In this document: positions 1 to 11,994 of the stretch, one piece after another
Layout: the number at the start of each line of letters is the position of its first letter
Position numbering within the stretch: position 1 is the stretch's first letter
NCBI RefSeq assembly: GCF_001194135.2
Contig: NC_068982.1
Coordinates: forward strand, 96,348,819 to 96,412,818
DNA length: 64,000 nucleotides
Direction of reading: 5' to 3'
Origin: Octopus bimaculoides
Taxonomy: Eukaryota
The notes under the pieces: generated by a model
The model's input: only the letters and a program-made list of their open reading frames with translations
Told to the model about the DNA's origin: nothing
Databases searched by the model: none
Made by a program: the position numbers and the translations under genes

Positions 1-183
1 GCTAGTGGCACGTAAAAAGCACCCACTACACTCTCGGAGTGGTTGGCATTAGGAAGGGCATCCAGCTGTAGAAACACTGCCAGATCAGACTGGAGCCTGG
101 TGCAGCCTCCTGGCTTCCTAGACCCCAGTTGAACTATCCAACCCATGCTAGCATGGAAAATGGACGATAAACGTTGATGATGA
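1..183 (+). mobile_element. 3' part of an RTE-tailed SINE
   Basis: GGCACGTAAAAAGCACCCACTACACTCTC...AGGAAGGGCATCCAGCTGTAGAAAC...AACCCATGCTAGCATGGAAAA followed by a (GAT)n tail; same family at 39618-39800 and 56690-56878. Confidence 0.8.
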
Positions 184-529
184 TATCTTATTGAAAGTAG
201 TCTATGTAAGATGTGTGCAGTGTCTACTAGTGTTATTTGTTATATGTAATATATAAGTTTTGGAGTTTATTATTATCATCATAATGATAATAGGTGACAG
301 TGTCAGAAGAATGGTGGAGAAAATGCCATGCTGCATTATTGAGTTATATCCCTTTGTTCTGAGTTAAATCCTGTTTGGATGAGCTTTGTCTTACGTCTGT
401 CTGAAGTTTATAAAATCAATTTGGTGTAATGTTTGTTTAAGATGGAAAACAATAAGTTGAGGCAAAATACTGAATATACAAGCTATCAGCTGTAGTGTGC
501 AAGAAGACTGCATTGGTACAGATATATGA

Positions 530-720
530 TGCATATGAAAGATGATGGTTGAGTGTAAGAGTACTTTGCCAGTCAAATGGTACGAACCAGTCAAAGCAGT
601 AGTGAAGTTTGATCTAAGAGGAGACAACAACAGGTTGCAACAAATGGTGAAGCATTGGAGAAGACCCATACAACCCATACAAACATGGAAAAATACGGAA
701 AATTATGATGATGATGAGTC
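530..720 (+). mobile_element. Degenerate 3' end of an RTE-type LINE
   Basis: ORF 542-769 reads like a decayed RTE C-terminus and ends in the same AACCCAT..CATGGAAAA + (GAT)n tail seen in the RTE-tailed SINEs. Confidence 0.4.
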
Positions 721-868
721 AAGTACTAAGCTCTGTATCATTAACAATACTCTCTTTCAAAATATGTGACCTTGTAATCCTGTTAAAAATGATTTTTGTT
801 TTCTCTGTGATTTGATGTAAGAAATTATGGAGTGGCAGAAATGGTAAAGAATTTAAATCCCCAATGTG

Positions 869-895
869 ATCATCATCATCATCATCATCATCATC
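869..895. repeat. (CAT)n microsatellite
   Basis: Perfect CAT run; explains the poly-His/poly-Asp in ORFs 832..1215 and 719..952. Confidence 0.95.
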
Positions 896-1441
896 TGTTT
901 TTCCAAATATGCATGGGTTTGGTGAGTCTTCTCCTGCACAGCATTTCACCACATGCTGTTATTGTTTGTTATCTTCTTTGTGAAGTTCAGCCTCTTGTTA
1001 TCAGCCTTTACCACATATGTCTTCTGAAGGTTCCTAACATTAACATAACTTGGCACTTTACTCAACTGTCATTCTCCATACTCATCACATGTCCATACCA
1101 GTTATGTCTTCTCTCTTGTACAGAACATCTAATTTCTCTTATACCTTTATTCTCTCAACTCATTTTAGCTCCTTTATTCGTACCTGCCATCATTGTATTT
1201 AGAGAAGCATTCTAGCTTCATTTCTTTCCAATCTTTGCACATCCTTGGTGCCCATGTTTTGCTACGAAGTAGTATCCCAGTTCAAAGACATACATGTGAG
1301 AATTAAATCCCCGATATACAGTTCCTCTTGAAATCACTTGTTTCTGTAACGGAAAATTTATTCCATAAAAATGCTTTACAGCATATTATAGAATCTCTAA
1401 CATAAAGATTTAATATTTTGTTCTTTCTTCGAAGTCTTTAA

Positions 1442-1662
1442 CCCTTTTGATACCAACCTGGCTGAAACTGCCTCTGGCTCTGTAGTACAAATGTCTTGTT
1501 TTCAAAAGTTCTGAATTAAAATCTTCCGCCAAACCTTGGTCACAATTTGTTCCCTAACGCTAGCTTAATGATAACTAAGTTATTTTACTAAATTCTTTGT
1601 TATATTTAAAATTAATTGAAAGAAACACAGAGCATCTCAACAGAAATATGGTAACAAAAGAG
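1442..1662. mobile_element. piggyBac-type MITE (family A)
   Basis: TTAA at 1438-1441 and 1663-1666; TIR CCCTTTTGATACCA versus TGGTAACAAAAGAG (12/14 match). Confidence 0.8.
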
Positions 1663-1711
1663 TTAATTCAAGGTGTGTTTGTTTCATGTTTTCCTTTGGT
1701 CAGCACTTTAA

Positions 1712-1935
1712 CACTTTGGCATTTAAACTGGCCATATCCAACTTGGATATTCTACCTGTTTTATGTTCAAACTGTCCTAAATTGACATCTCACACTTACC
1801 CTACAATATAATTCTAAAAATAAACAATCACATCATCAAAATCTTGACACTACAAGGTAATGCATGATTAATTCAAAACAATATGAATAATTAAACATTA
1901 CAGTTGACAGAGTAAAAAACTTTTGATGCCAAGTT
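1712..1935. mobile_element. piggyBac-type MITE (family B), degenerate right end
   Basis: TTAA at 1708-1711, then a body homologous to 1971-2188 (GCATTTAAACTGGCCATATC...ATTCTACCTGTTTTATGTTCAAA); right boundary approximate. Confidence 0.65.
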
Positions 1936-1970
1936 TTTGGAGAGCTTACAAATTAAGTCTTCTTCATTAA

Positions 1971-2188
1971 CCCTTTAGCATTTAAACTGGCCATATCAGG
2001 CCCAAATATTCTACCTGTTTTATGTTCAAATTGGCCAGATCTGGTATCTTGCACCTACCCTACAATGTAATTCTGAAAATAAAGTCACACTATCAAAATT
2101 CCAAAGCTATGAAATATTGTATGATTAATTCAAAACAATGTGAATACATAAGCGTTGCATTTGGCAAATTAATCTGAACACTAAAAGG
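1971..2188. mobile_element. piggyBac-type MITE (family B)
   Basis: TTAA-CCCTTTAG ... CTAAAAGG-TTAA (TSDs at 1967-1970 and 2189-2192). Confidence 0.8.
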
Positions 2189-2287
2189 TTAAAAAAGACA
2201 CTTTTATAAATGTTTTTTCCAAGATCATACATTGTACAGCAGCAACCAAATCTCTCACAAGTTACTCTTTACTTATCTTTAAAATGT

Positions 2288-2668
2288 AGAGACGCAATGA
2301 CCCAGTGGTTAGGGCAGCGGACTCGCGGTTATAGGATCGCGGTTTCAATTCCCAGACCGGGCGTTGTGAGTGTTTATTGAGCGAAAACATCTAAAGCTCC
2401 ACGAGGCTTCAACAGGGGATGGTGGCGAACCCTACTGTACTCTTTCACCACCACTTTCTCTCACTCTTACTTCCTGTTTCTGTTGTACCTGTAATTCTAC
2501 GGGTCAGCCTTGTCACACTGTGTCATGCTGAATACCCCCGAGAACTACGTTAAAGGTACACGTGTCTGTGGAGTGCTCAGCCACTTGCACGTTAATTTCA
2601 TGAGCAGGCTGGTTCCGTTGATTAGATCAACTGGAACCCTCGACGTCGGAAGCGACGGAGTGCCAACA
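2288..2668 (+). mobile_element. Young tRNA-derived SINE, full length
   Basis: Pol III A-box-like (TGACCCAGTGG) and B-box-like (GGTTTCAATTCC) head; highly similar copy at 40479-40858; imperfect TSD ATCTTTAAAA(CA)TGT at 2275-2287 and 2676-2690. Confidence 0.85.
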
Positions 2669-3037
2669 TACATACATCTTTAAAACATGTGATCATCGGC
2701 TTGCTTTACCAAAGCTGACCTATGGCTAAGCAACAGCAAAATATTGTTCATTGTGATACTGTTTTTGTAGTAGCACTATAATAATATTAAATGTGTAGTA
2801 TTTAAACAAATATTTTAAGTACATATATGGTTATGAACTAATTAACTTTAAAAAAATTTGTTCTCTGAAACCGGCTTCTCTGTTTTTAATATTTTCTTTA
2901 TGTGAACAGAAAAATATTTTCATATATATTCAAGAAGGAAAACTCAATTTTTTTTGTCTGTTCACTTCATAAAACTTATTGTTTTTATATTTTAACATGC
3001 TTTTAAAAATATGTTTCCCTATATTGTTTCTTTTCAG

Positions 3038-3108
3038 ACTTTCTGGACTAATTGATTTTTACTTTACCCATTTTTATTACATTTATTAAAGGATTAAATT
3101 ATTTTCAG
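3038..3108 (+). other. Candidate upstream exon of the host gene (5'UTR or partly coding)
   Basis: Polypyrimidine acceptor TGTTTCTTTTCAG and consensus donor CAG|GTAAGT; 3' part reads ...IKGLNYFQ in phase with exon 5338, but there is an in-frame TAA at 3049-3051. Confidence 0.5.
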
Positions 3109-3225
3109 GTAAGTGTTCGATTATTTTCCATTTTTGTGTAAAATGTGATAATTAGTTTTCCATCTATTAACTTCATCTTTAGGAACAAACTTTTTCACAA
3201 TAATCTATACTATCAGTAGAAGGTG

Positions 3226-3430
3226 GGAGTTTTAATTCACATGGCTATTGTATATAACTTACGAAGTGGGAAATTTTACAATACAAATACACACTTTGCT
3301 GATTGATTAAGCATACACACAACTAATTTGACTCTAATACATGAAGGCTGAGATATTCATTAATTTTTTATTTACACATACTTGTAGTATCCTTAAAGGA
3401 TTATTGTAGTGAGGATGAATTTTATACTCT
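3226..3430 (+). repeat. Local dispersed duplicate, copy 1 (unclassified)
   Basis: Aligns by eye with 4563-4790: TTTTAATTCACATGGCTATTGTAT...AATACACACTTTGCTGATTGATTAA.CATACACAC...TTGACTCTAAT. Confidence 0.75.
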
Positions 3431-4562
3431 CATATCTGTAAAATTCTCTCTCTCTCTCTTTCCTTCTCTCACACACACTGAAATGCATATGCTCTGTCTC
3501 TTGTGAGGCTCTTTGCTAAATGGAAACTGAAAGAAGTTTGTCATGTGTGTATATATGTATTTGTGCAAATGTTCACATTCTACTTGTGACGTGAATGCTT
3601 GTGGTTGGGCTGCAATTGGTTATGGTTATTGACATTTCCTGTCAACGAATTATTCACTAGTTTTGCAAGATCAAATTCCTCTGGAATATAAGAATCCCTT
3701 ACTTCACAAGCTGGTGAGGTTTGGTGACAGGAAGAACCTTCAGCCATAAAAGTCCTGTCTCAAATAAATGTTCCATTTAAGCCATGCCAGCATGGAAAAA
3801 CAGACATTAAATGTGCAAATAATATTTTAATCAGTTTAATCTCCAGTTGCCATAAGATATCTTAGTCTTGATCCAAACGAGTAATATTTATTTCTAAACT
3901 AAATCTAAGAACATTCTTCTTCACTAGGCCATAGACACATGTACACTTCTAAAGCAAGACCAAATAATGTTTTTATCCACTTGGCCATTGTTGCAGTGAT
4001 GTGGGTCAATGTTTTAGTAGATAAGAATGTTATTACCCTTGGTTTAGAAATAAAGGTTCCTTGTTTTGAACCAGTCAGGGATTATGTAAACAATCATGAA
4101 TAAGACGCCTAATGACAATCAGATACTAAACCAACAGAAATGCAATGTGGATGTAAATATAAAAAAAAGAAAGAAAAATGAAATTATTGGTCTGGAAAAT
4201 GATTCTTTATTAACGACTTATTTCAGGTTTTTAAACATTTAATAAGAATAATGTGAGGCATGAAAAATGAATACAAGTGTGGAATTGTAATTCACATACT
4301 TGTGGGGGTGTTTATTCTTAGATCAATCATTTGTGGAATTTTTATACCCAAACCTGTGGGTTTTCTATACACAAAACAAAATGGTTTTAACGTACGCAGT
4401 TGTGGGAATTTAATATGTAAATTTTTAATTTTTAATATGCACACAAATTAAGTTGTGTCTATTCATCTCTAGATTATTTCATTTTTATACACTGTGATAT
4501 TGTTGCTTTTCTTTCTTTTCTTTTTTTTTTTTTTTTTTTTTTTTTGAGCCTTGGTGTAGCAG

Positions 4563-4790
4563 CTGGGAATTTTAATTCACATGGCTATTGTATTTATAAC
4601 TTACAAACGGATATTTTTCAATACACACTTTGCTGATTGATTAAACATACACACAGGCACTTGACTCTAATTCATGAAAGCTGGGATATTCAGTTTTCTT
4701 TTTTACTTATAATTGTAGTACCCTTAAAGCCTTACTCTGACAGCGGTGGGGGGGGGGTGCTTCCACAAGTCTGTGAAATTCACTCATAGA
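4563..4790 (+). repeat. Local dispersed duplicate, copy 2 (unclassified)
   Basis: Diverged paralogue of 3226-3430. Confidence 0.75.
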
Positions 4791-5337
4791 CTCTGACACT
4801 ACATGTTCACTCAGATACATATGCTTTCTCTCTCTATCATATCCACATATACATATGAACATTTTATGCTGCAGACATTGTGGGATCGTAATACATTAAC
4901 TGCAGAACTTTAAAGTTTCCATAGGCATTATTAATTCAGTAGCAAGGAGATGTTAAGTGGTTGTGATTATGTTCTTATGTTTAATTAATAGAACAAGGAG
5001 TAAACACAACAATTTGAATGTTTCAGTAGTAACCTGATAACCCTCAACTCAAATCCCAGTTGCTGAATTGTCACATTTTAATATTTCTGTATCTTTTCTG
5101 GATCAAATGTAACACTTTTCACAGGTGGATGTAATTTCTCTTAATTTTGTCTTGAACGTTGATCACTTGTTTAAGCCAATTTTTTTAATATTTAAAGTAT
5201 CTAAAGAAAGGCAATTGAATAAGTTATTTTATTAATATTTCCACAACCTCTGAAATATGGATTTTAGTTTTTCTTGTTGTGGTCATTAAAATATAGAATG
5301 TATAGTCCCAGCATTTAAAATACTGGTTTCTTTATAG

Positions 5338-5394
5338 AAAATCATAGACAGACTGCATGTTGTGGTCAAGGGTTATTATAAAGCTTTCATTAAG
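5338..5394 (+). CDS. Unidentified host gene, coding exon A (KIIDRLHVVVKGYYKAFIK), phase 0-0
   Basis: Acceptor TTTCTTTATAG, donor AAG|GTGAGT; only one frame open; phase matches exon 8931. Could be UTR if translation starts at ATG 8934. Confidence 0.6.
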
Positions 5395-5652
5395 GTGAGT
5401 ATCTGCAGTCCCAAATAGCAGCAAGTCCTGGACAACTATGATTGTAGCAAAGTTTCAATCCCTAGTTGAACTATTTCTCTTAACTTGTTCTGGGGCTCTT
5501 TTGTTCTGGTTGAGAAGTTAACAGTTTTCATTCCTAATATCTTCATCACATTCTTTGCTATTATTTATTATAGGATAAATTTATAGATTTCAATTAGCAC
5601 AGCACTTGTAAATTTAAACTTTATTAGAATACAATTAAAATACATCTTTTAG

Positions 5653-5965
5653 CTTTTACTTGTTTCAGTCATTAGACTGCAGCCATGATGGAGCACTATC
5701 TTGAAGGCCTTTAGTCAAACGGATCGACTCCCCTCCCAGTGTGTTTTTTTTTCTTTGAAGCCTGGCATTTGTTTATCAGTCTCTTTTGCTGGACCACTGG
5801 GTTATGGGAATGTAAACACACCAACACTAGTTGTCAAGCAGTGGTGGGGGACAAAGACACATACACATAGATGCACACACACACACATGATGGCTTCTTT
5901 TAGCTTCCATCTACCAAATCCACTCACAGGGCTATGGTAGCAGACACTTGCTCACGGTGCCATGC
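5653..5965 (-). mobile_element. tRNA-derived SINE, reverse orientation
   Basis: Reverse complement of the 6363-6738 family (CTTTTACTTGTTTCAGTCATT.GACTGC.GCCATG...GTTGTCAAGC...CTACCAAATCCACTCAC). Confidence 0.8.
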
Positions 5966-6362
5966 TACACAGTCATGCCTGCACTTATGTGTGTAAATTA
6001 AACTTAAGTACAGTGTGCCATTGCAAAAACTGCCTTTTTATAAGTAAATTTTCTGTGGACAAGAAAAAGGATCAACTGGATCAGTTTCAATCCTTTATTG
6101 GGATTTCTTCAGTAATTGAGTACCTTTTCATCACTGTCCAATGGAAATCTAATCTTAATAGACATTTATTAAAGGTTTCATTTAATGAGAAAAATCAATC
6201 TGCATAAATAAAGCATTTTAAGGTGGTTCAGTTAATAAATTACTGATGTGTCAGCAGTATTTAGTTATTCTGCTATAATGTACTAGAATAAATCTATAGA
6301 TTTCAGCCAAAACCGCTTGTATAAATTAAACATCATTAAATATACCAAACACTTTTTTCGTA

Positions 6363-6738
6363 GGCACAGGAGTGGTTGTGTAGTAAGTTGCTTGTAAGTC
6401 CCAGGTTCAGTCCCATTGTGTGGCACCTTGGACAAGTGTCTTCTACTATAGCCTCTAGCTGACCAAAGCCTAGTCAGTGGATTTGGTAGATGGAAACTGA
6501 AAGAAGCCTGTCATATATATATATATATATTTGTGTGTGTGTGTGTATATGTTTGTCCCCCCACCATTGCTTGACAACCGATGCCGGTGTGTTTATGTCC
6601 CCATAGCTTAGCAGTTCGACCAAAGAGCCGATAGAATAAGTACTAGGTTTACAAAAAATAAGTCTTGGGGTCAATTTGTTTGACTAAAGGTGGTGCTCCA
6701 GCATGGCCGCAGTCAAATGACTGAAACAAGTAAAAGAG
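6363..6738 (+). mobile_element. tRNA-derived SINE with internal TA/TG microsatellite
   Basis: GGCACAGGAGTGG..GTG...CCCAGGTTCAGTCCC head; ends in CCAGCATGGCCGCAGTCAAATGACTGAAACAAGTAAAAGAG; further fragments at 7248-7417, 9330-9530, 38375-38520, 47950-48000 and 53545-53680. Confidence 0.85.
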
Positions 6739-7660
6739 AGTAAAAAGAGTATGATGGGTTGGCTGAAATTTGTAGATTTATTCTGTAGCATATAAGCAGA
6801 ACACTACTAATGTGTCAATAATATATTCTTTGGGATATAGTAAAAGTGAAACAGAAGACCCAGTTTTCTGTAACATGAGAGTACTTCTCTCTTTAATAAG
6901 GTTTGTATCTATTTGTTTTGTAATGGTTTGGTCTGAAGGAAAATAATGACCTTGACCTTAAAAGCCTCTGAGGCTGGCATGNNNNNNNNNNNNNNNNNNN
7001 NNNNNNNNNNNNNNNNNNNNNNNNNNNNNNNNNNNNNNNNNNNNNNNNNNNNNNNNNNNNNNNNNNNNNNNNNNNNNNNNNNNNNNNNNNNNNNNNNNNN
7101 NNNNNNNNNNNNNNNNNNNNNNNNNNNNNNNNNNNNNNNNNNNNNNNNNNNNNNNNNNNNNNNNNNNNNNNNNNNNNNNNNNNNNNNNNNNNNNNNNNNN
7201 NNNNNNNNNNNNNNNNNNNNNNNNNNNNNNNNNNNNNNNNNNNNNNNCTTGACAACTGATGGTGGTGTGTTTACGTCCCCATAACTTAGTGGTTTGGCAA
7301 AAAAGACCAACAGAATAAGTACTAAGCTTCCAAAGAATAAGTCCTGGGGTCAATTTGCTCGACTAAAGGCGGTGCTCCAGCATGGCTGCAGTCAAATGAC
7401 TGAAACAAGTAAAAGAGAGTAAAAAGAGTATGATGGGTTGGCTGAAATTTGTAGATTTATTCTGTAGCATATAAGCAGAACACTACTAATGTGTCAATAA
7501 TATATTCTTTGGGATATAGTAAAAGTGAAACAGAAGACCCAGTTTTCTGTAACATGAGAGTACTTCTCTCTTTAATAAGGTTTGTATCTATTTGTTTTGT
7601 AATGGTTTGGTCTGAAGGAAAATAATGACCTTGACCTTAAAAGCCTCTGAGGCTGGCATG
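6709..7660 (+). repeat. Identical 273-bp direct repeat (6709-6981 = 7388-7660) spanning an assembly gap
   Basis: The two blocks match at offset 679 around the N-gap at 6982-7247. Confidence 0.85.
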
Positions 7661-8930
7661 AACAATGTAATTGGTATTCTTCTTGAACAATTGCAGAGAG
7701 AAAAAAGCAATGTCAGGGAGGGAATTCTGGATGACTGATGGGGAGGAAGGATAGGAATTAGTGGTTTGTGTTGAGTTGGAGGGGATACAATATGGATGGC
7801 ATGAGGAGAGGGAGTTGAGTGCATTTGTGTTCATATGGCATTAGACAGCCAGTTTCAACTATAAAATGAAACTCAGCTCTTTGGGAACTTGTCTTTTCTT
7901 CTCTAGCACCAAAATATTCTAGCATTTTAGATCGTTGACAGTAAGGTATTAATTGATGATAGGGAAGTATTTAACTGCTCTATATTCAGCTTAGACTTAC
8001 CTACTCATAAAAGATTCCTCTGTCATTCAATTTTTAAAAGACTTTCTTGTTTTTTGTTTTGAAGAAAATTTGATCTGGTACACACTATTCCTGTGGGAAA
8101 CATTGAGAGAGAGAGAGAAAGATTATGTGTGTGTGTGTGCATGTGTAAAGGTAATGAAAAATGACATGGTAATTTAGATATGTAATGTGAAGAGAGAGAA
8201 AAAGAATGAGGGTGCAAGTGCACTCTGTAGGCAGCTGGTAAAGAAATTATGTTTTACATGCATATACGATGAGAATAGATGATGTTTACCGAGAGACAAA
8301 AAGTTTATTTGCGAGTTGGTTGGTAGTTGTTGAAAAGAGGTTAGAGATTTTGGAGCAATATTGTGAAAGTTGAGCTAGGTAGGTTATATTACCTCGATGA
8401 CATGATCAGTGAGTGGACACAGTTCTGTCAATATATTTGAGCCAAGCCTGCATTGAAAGCAAAAAATACAAAACCAGCATTAAACACCACCATCACCACT
8501 GTCATCAATGACATTCATAATGGTGATGCTGGCTTTCTGTGCAATGTAATGAACATGAAATCTGAACCAAATGCATTGTTATTTCTGGTTTTGTTTATTT
8601 TACAAACAGAAAAAGAAGGAGCAGTAATTTGGTAAAATTGGTAGAGAATTAGACAAAAATGTGTTGCCGTATTTAGTTTTGTCACTTTGCAGGAGTTCAA
8701 ATCCCACTGGTTCAATTTTCTCTTGTATATGATATGTCAAGACTTTTCAGTTTTAGGCTAACTCAATTTATTTGATGTTGTCTTTGTATATCAGAATACA
8801 TATTTGGTTAAATTAATTGCAACTCTCACTTATATTAATTACACACATACATGTGAAGTAGTGAAGTGATTACAAGACTGCTGAGTCACTGAGCATAAAA
8901 CTAGTTGCTGACAATGTGTTATCCTTTCAG

Positions 8931-8991
8931 GTAATGCACCCTATTTCAATCGATTTAAACAATCCCTATCATTCTTTACTGTGGCATGATT
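8931..8991 (+). CDS. Unidentified host gene, coding exon B (VMHPISIDLNNPYHSLLWHD), phase 0-1
   Basis: Acceptor TTATCCTTTCAG, donor T|GTATGA; 61 nt open; phases match both neighbours; first in-frame ATG at 8934. Confidence 0.65.
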
Positions 8992-11139
8992 GTATGAAGC
9001 ATGAAATTTATTGTGTTAATGGATATTTATAGAACAAACAGGATATAGACTCCTGACTCACCAGCTAAGATCTTGTAAAATTTTTTAAATAATTTGTGTT
9101 TGTGAACATCTGACATTTCTGACAGGGCTTTTCTTCAAAGAAATGTTTGCAAAAGGTTTCTATTTGTTTTTAAATCTTGTCATCCAAAACATTAGAACTC
9201 CACCTTGCATCCCAGCACATAAACTTATTTTATGAATTTTATTAAATGTTATTTTTTTGCTGAAGCTGAACATAACTAGGTTTACTTGGATTCTACTTTT
9301 TCCAAAGAATCTACTACTTACGTGCTTATTTGAACTTGTGAGAAGGTTTCTATATAGAGCCAACCAATACCTTGTGAGTAAATTTGGTAGATGGAAACTG
9401 TGTGCAAGCTCAGTCTATTTGTATCCCCCAACCACTTGGCAACTGGTGTTGGTTTGTCAATTTAATTAAACCTTTCAAGGCAATGCCCCAGTATAGCCAC
9501 AGTCCAGTGAGTGAAACAAATAAGAGATGAAAGAAAATAGTAATTTGAAATGCACACTAGAGCAACTTTGTGTTCTTATCACTTTCTATACTTAAAGACC
9601 CTGCTTTAAGCTCTAAAATTTTAGAAGACATTGGCAATAAAAGCAGAATGGTGTCGACTAAACCATTACTTTAAGTATGTAGTTTGACCCAGATAGAAAT
9701 TGACAATATTATAACCATTCAAATATTCCACTGTAGCAAATTGGTGTACTCCCCACTCATTGGAGAGTATGATACACTTTATAGATCATTCATCAATAAT
9801 TTCCACTTTGCCTGAACATCTTGGCTTTCTTGGCCATCCATAGTATATCTAGAAGTATATTATTCAATGCATTGTTCCTTTTTTTTAAAGATAAGTTGTA
9901 ATTTGGGAGAAATTTGGCTGTGGTGAATGACTGGTAGTTGTTTTGGTACTTATTGAGTATTTTTTTAGGATTCTTTAATCATTGTTTCTTAAGTGTCAGG
10001 GAAGCTGTTAGGAAGCTGTACCAGTCATCTGCAGTGTATGCTTGAAGAGAAGTAACCAAAGATGAAGTTTAGTTTTCCAAAAGATGGCACCTGCACTTAC
10101 AGACATACAAAATGCTGGCTTGACAACATTCTCTATAATCTTCTTTGTTAGACTGGCACAAACTGAAAGAAAACAAAATATAATAAAAAATACACAATCA
10201 GGCTGACTTGGTTCTTATAATGTATACAAGGAGTATAAATTGCAGCAGTAATACTATCAGTAACAGTTGACAAGATATATGTTTGTAAAGCAAAAGAGGC
10301 AAAGGGGTTGGTTCATAGTTTGAACCTTGCTTCTACAGCTATTGTGGTGTATCCCAGAGCAGGTTACACAACCCTGCTTGTTTCAGTTTGAGTATCTAGT
10401 TATAAAACTAACTCCACTCTCTATTATACAGTTGAGTGGTTAGTGGCAAGAAGTGCATCCAAGTGAAAGTGTAAAAATATGCAGAAACAAACCAGGCAAA
10501 CATGAGAAATTGGATTTAAATTTGTATTTTTGCAATTTTTAAGTGATTTTAAAGCATGTAAAATTTATTTGGAGGAGTGAGATGAAGCTTATTGGCTTAT
10601 CTGTGTGCTGAATCCCAGCCCACCTCTGCTACAAAAAAAAAAAAAGTAAGATTAAGTAGATCACGTTGAAGGTAACTTACCAAATTTCAAAGCTTTGCAT
10701 AATCTTCACTTTTTATGGAGAAAATAGTTTTTATGGAGGAAAATAAGTCAAGTTGGATGAGGAGAGAAGTAAATATAAATATACAGATAAACTGATAGAC
10801 ATAAAGACAGGGTAAAAGTAAACTAGGGGTCTCCCTCTCCACTGAATGTCGCTAGTGTGGTGCTATGTAAATAAGGGAGGAAATCCCCCACCTCTACTCC
10901 CCCCCCCACAACAACAAACCTAAAATGAAAATGAAATAAAAGAATAGTCTTGGTAATAGGAAAAGCATCCAACTGAGAAAATTCTTTATGCCGACAAACT
11001 AACTTATCTTTCTAAATGGTGCAGACATTTTTTGTTTTGTTTTCAAAACTTTTGGTTTTATTTCTGAAGTCTGAAGTAATATTAGTGTTTTTTGTTTGTT
11101 TATCTTTTTTGTTTTTGCACAGTAAGCTAATACTAGTGC

Positions 11140-11500
11140 CACTACTACTGTTACTACTATTACAACTACTACTACTTTCAGCATTGCCTCTAACACCGCT
11201 AAAGTTATTAAGTATTACTACCATCACAGCTTTCATTAGTACTACTCTAACAAAAAACCACTACTACTGTTATTGAGCCTTAGTACTACTACCACCACCA
11301 CTAACACCTCGATGCTCTTAGTACTACTACTACTACCACCACTAACACCTCAATGCCTACCATTATTACTCTTGCCACCATGTCACTACTACTCCTATTA
11401 CTACCACCACCACCATTACTACTACCACCACCACCATTACTACTACCAACACCACCACTACTGCTACTACTACTACTACTACTACTGTCACCACTACCAT
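11140..11500. repeat. Compound (TAC)/(CAC) trinucleotide microsatellite
   Basis: ACTACT/ACCACC runs; source of the low-complexity ORFs at 11016-11620. Confidence 0.9.
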
Positions 11501-11994
11501 CAACTGCATCTCCATCAAGCAGTTACATATGTTTCTGTTGTTGTTTATCATATTTTTAATTACAACATCAGTTCTGAGTAAGATAACAATCTTCCTTTTA
11601 TTGACATTTTTATCACCCACCCAGCCACCACCAACACTAAAAAAATTAAAAAGAAGAAATTGATAATTTTTTTATTATTTTCATTATTTATTTTTTTAAT
11701 TCTCTTCCTGTGCTATCTTAAAACTTTATATGCATTTGGATAGACAAATTCTGTCTTGTAGTCTAACCAAATACAGTTATGCTTTTGAAACAAACAGAAC
11801 AAATAAGAAAGAAAGAGAAGGTTAGTTCTGTAGTTACTGGAATATTTTCTTCAAACTTGTTGTTTTGCTTAGTTTAAATTAATAAAACCTAAACAAACAA
11901 CCAGGAAAAGCTAATAGTGTACCAATAATAACCCATTGTATAGGCAAGACGTCTGAGTTTTCAACGTCAGAAATAATTATTGTATGATTAAATA

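Noticed and set aside
2288-2365. tRNA-like sequence (also at about 40479-40550)
   Set aside because: A/B boxes run directly into a ~300-bp repeat body present twice in the window; these are SINE heads, not tRNA genes.
6893-7353. Long ORFs containing X runs (also at 19958-20574, 40260-40581, 58203-58415 and 61068-61960)
   Set aside because: Artefacts of N-gaps (6982-7247, 20191-20518, 40343-40474, 58253-58352, 61155-61857).
10024-10140. THAP-like pattern (CSVC...KFSFPKD...WLDNI)
   Set aside because: Needs a frameshift, lacks the downstream CSxHF motif, and another frame looks equally protein-like; not supportable without a profile search.
10999-11620. His/Tyr/Pro/Leu/Val-rich ORFs
   Set aside because: Translations of the TAC/CAC microsatellite; the same applies to the CA-, TA- and ATT-derived ORFs elsewhere.
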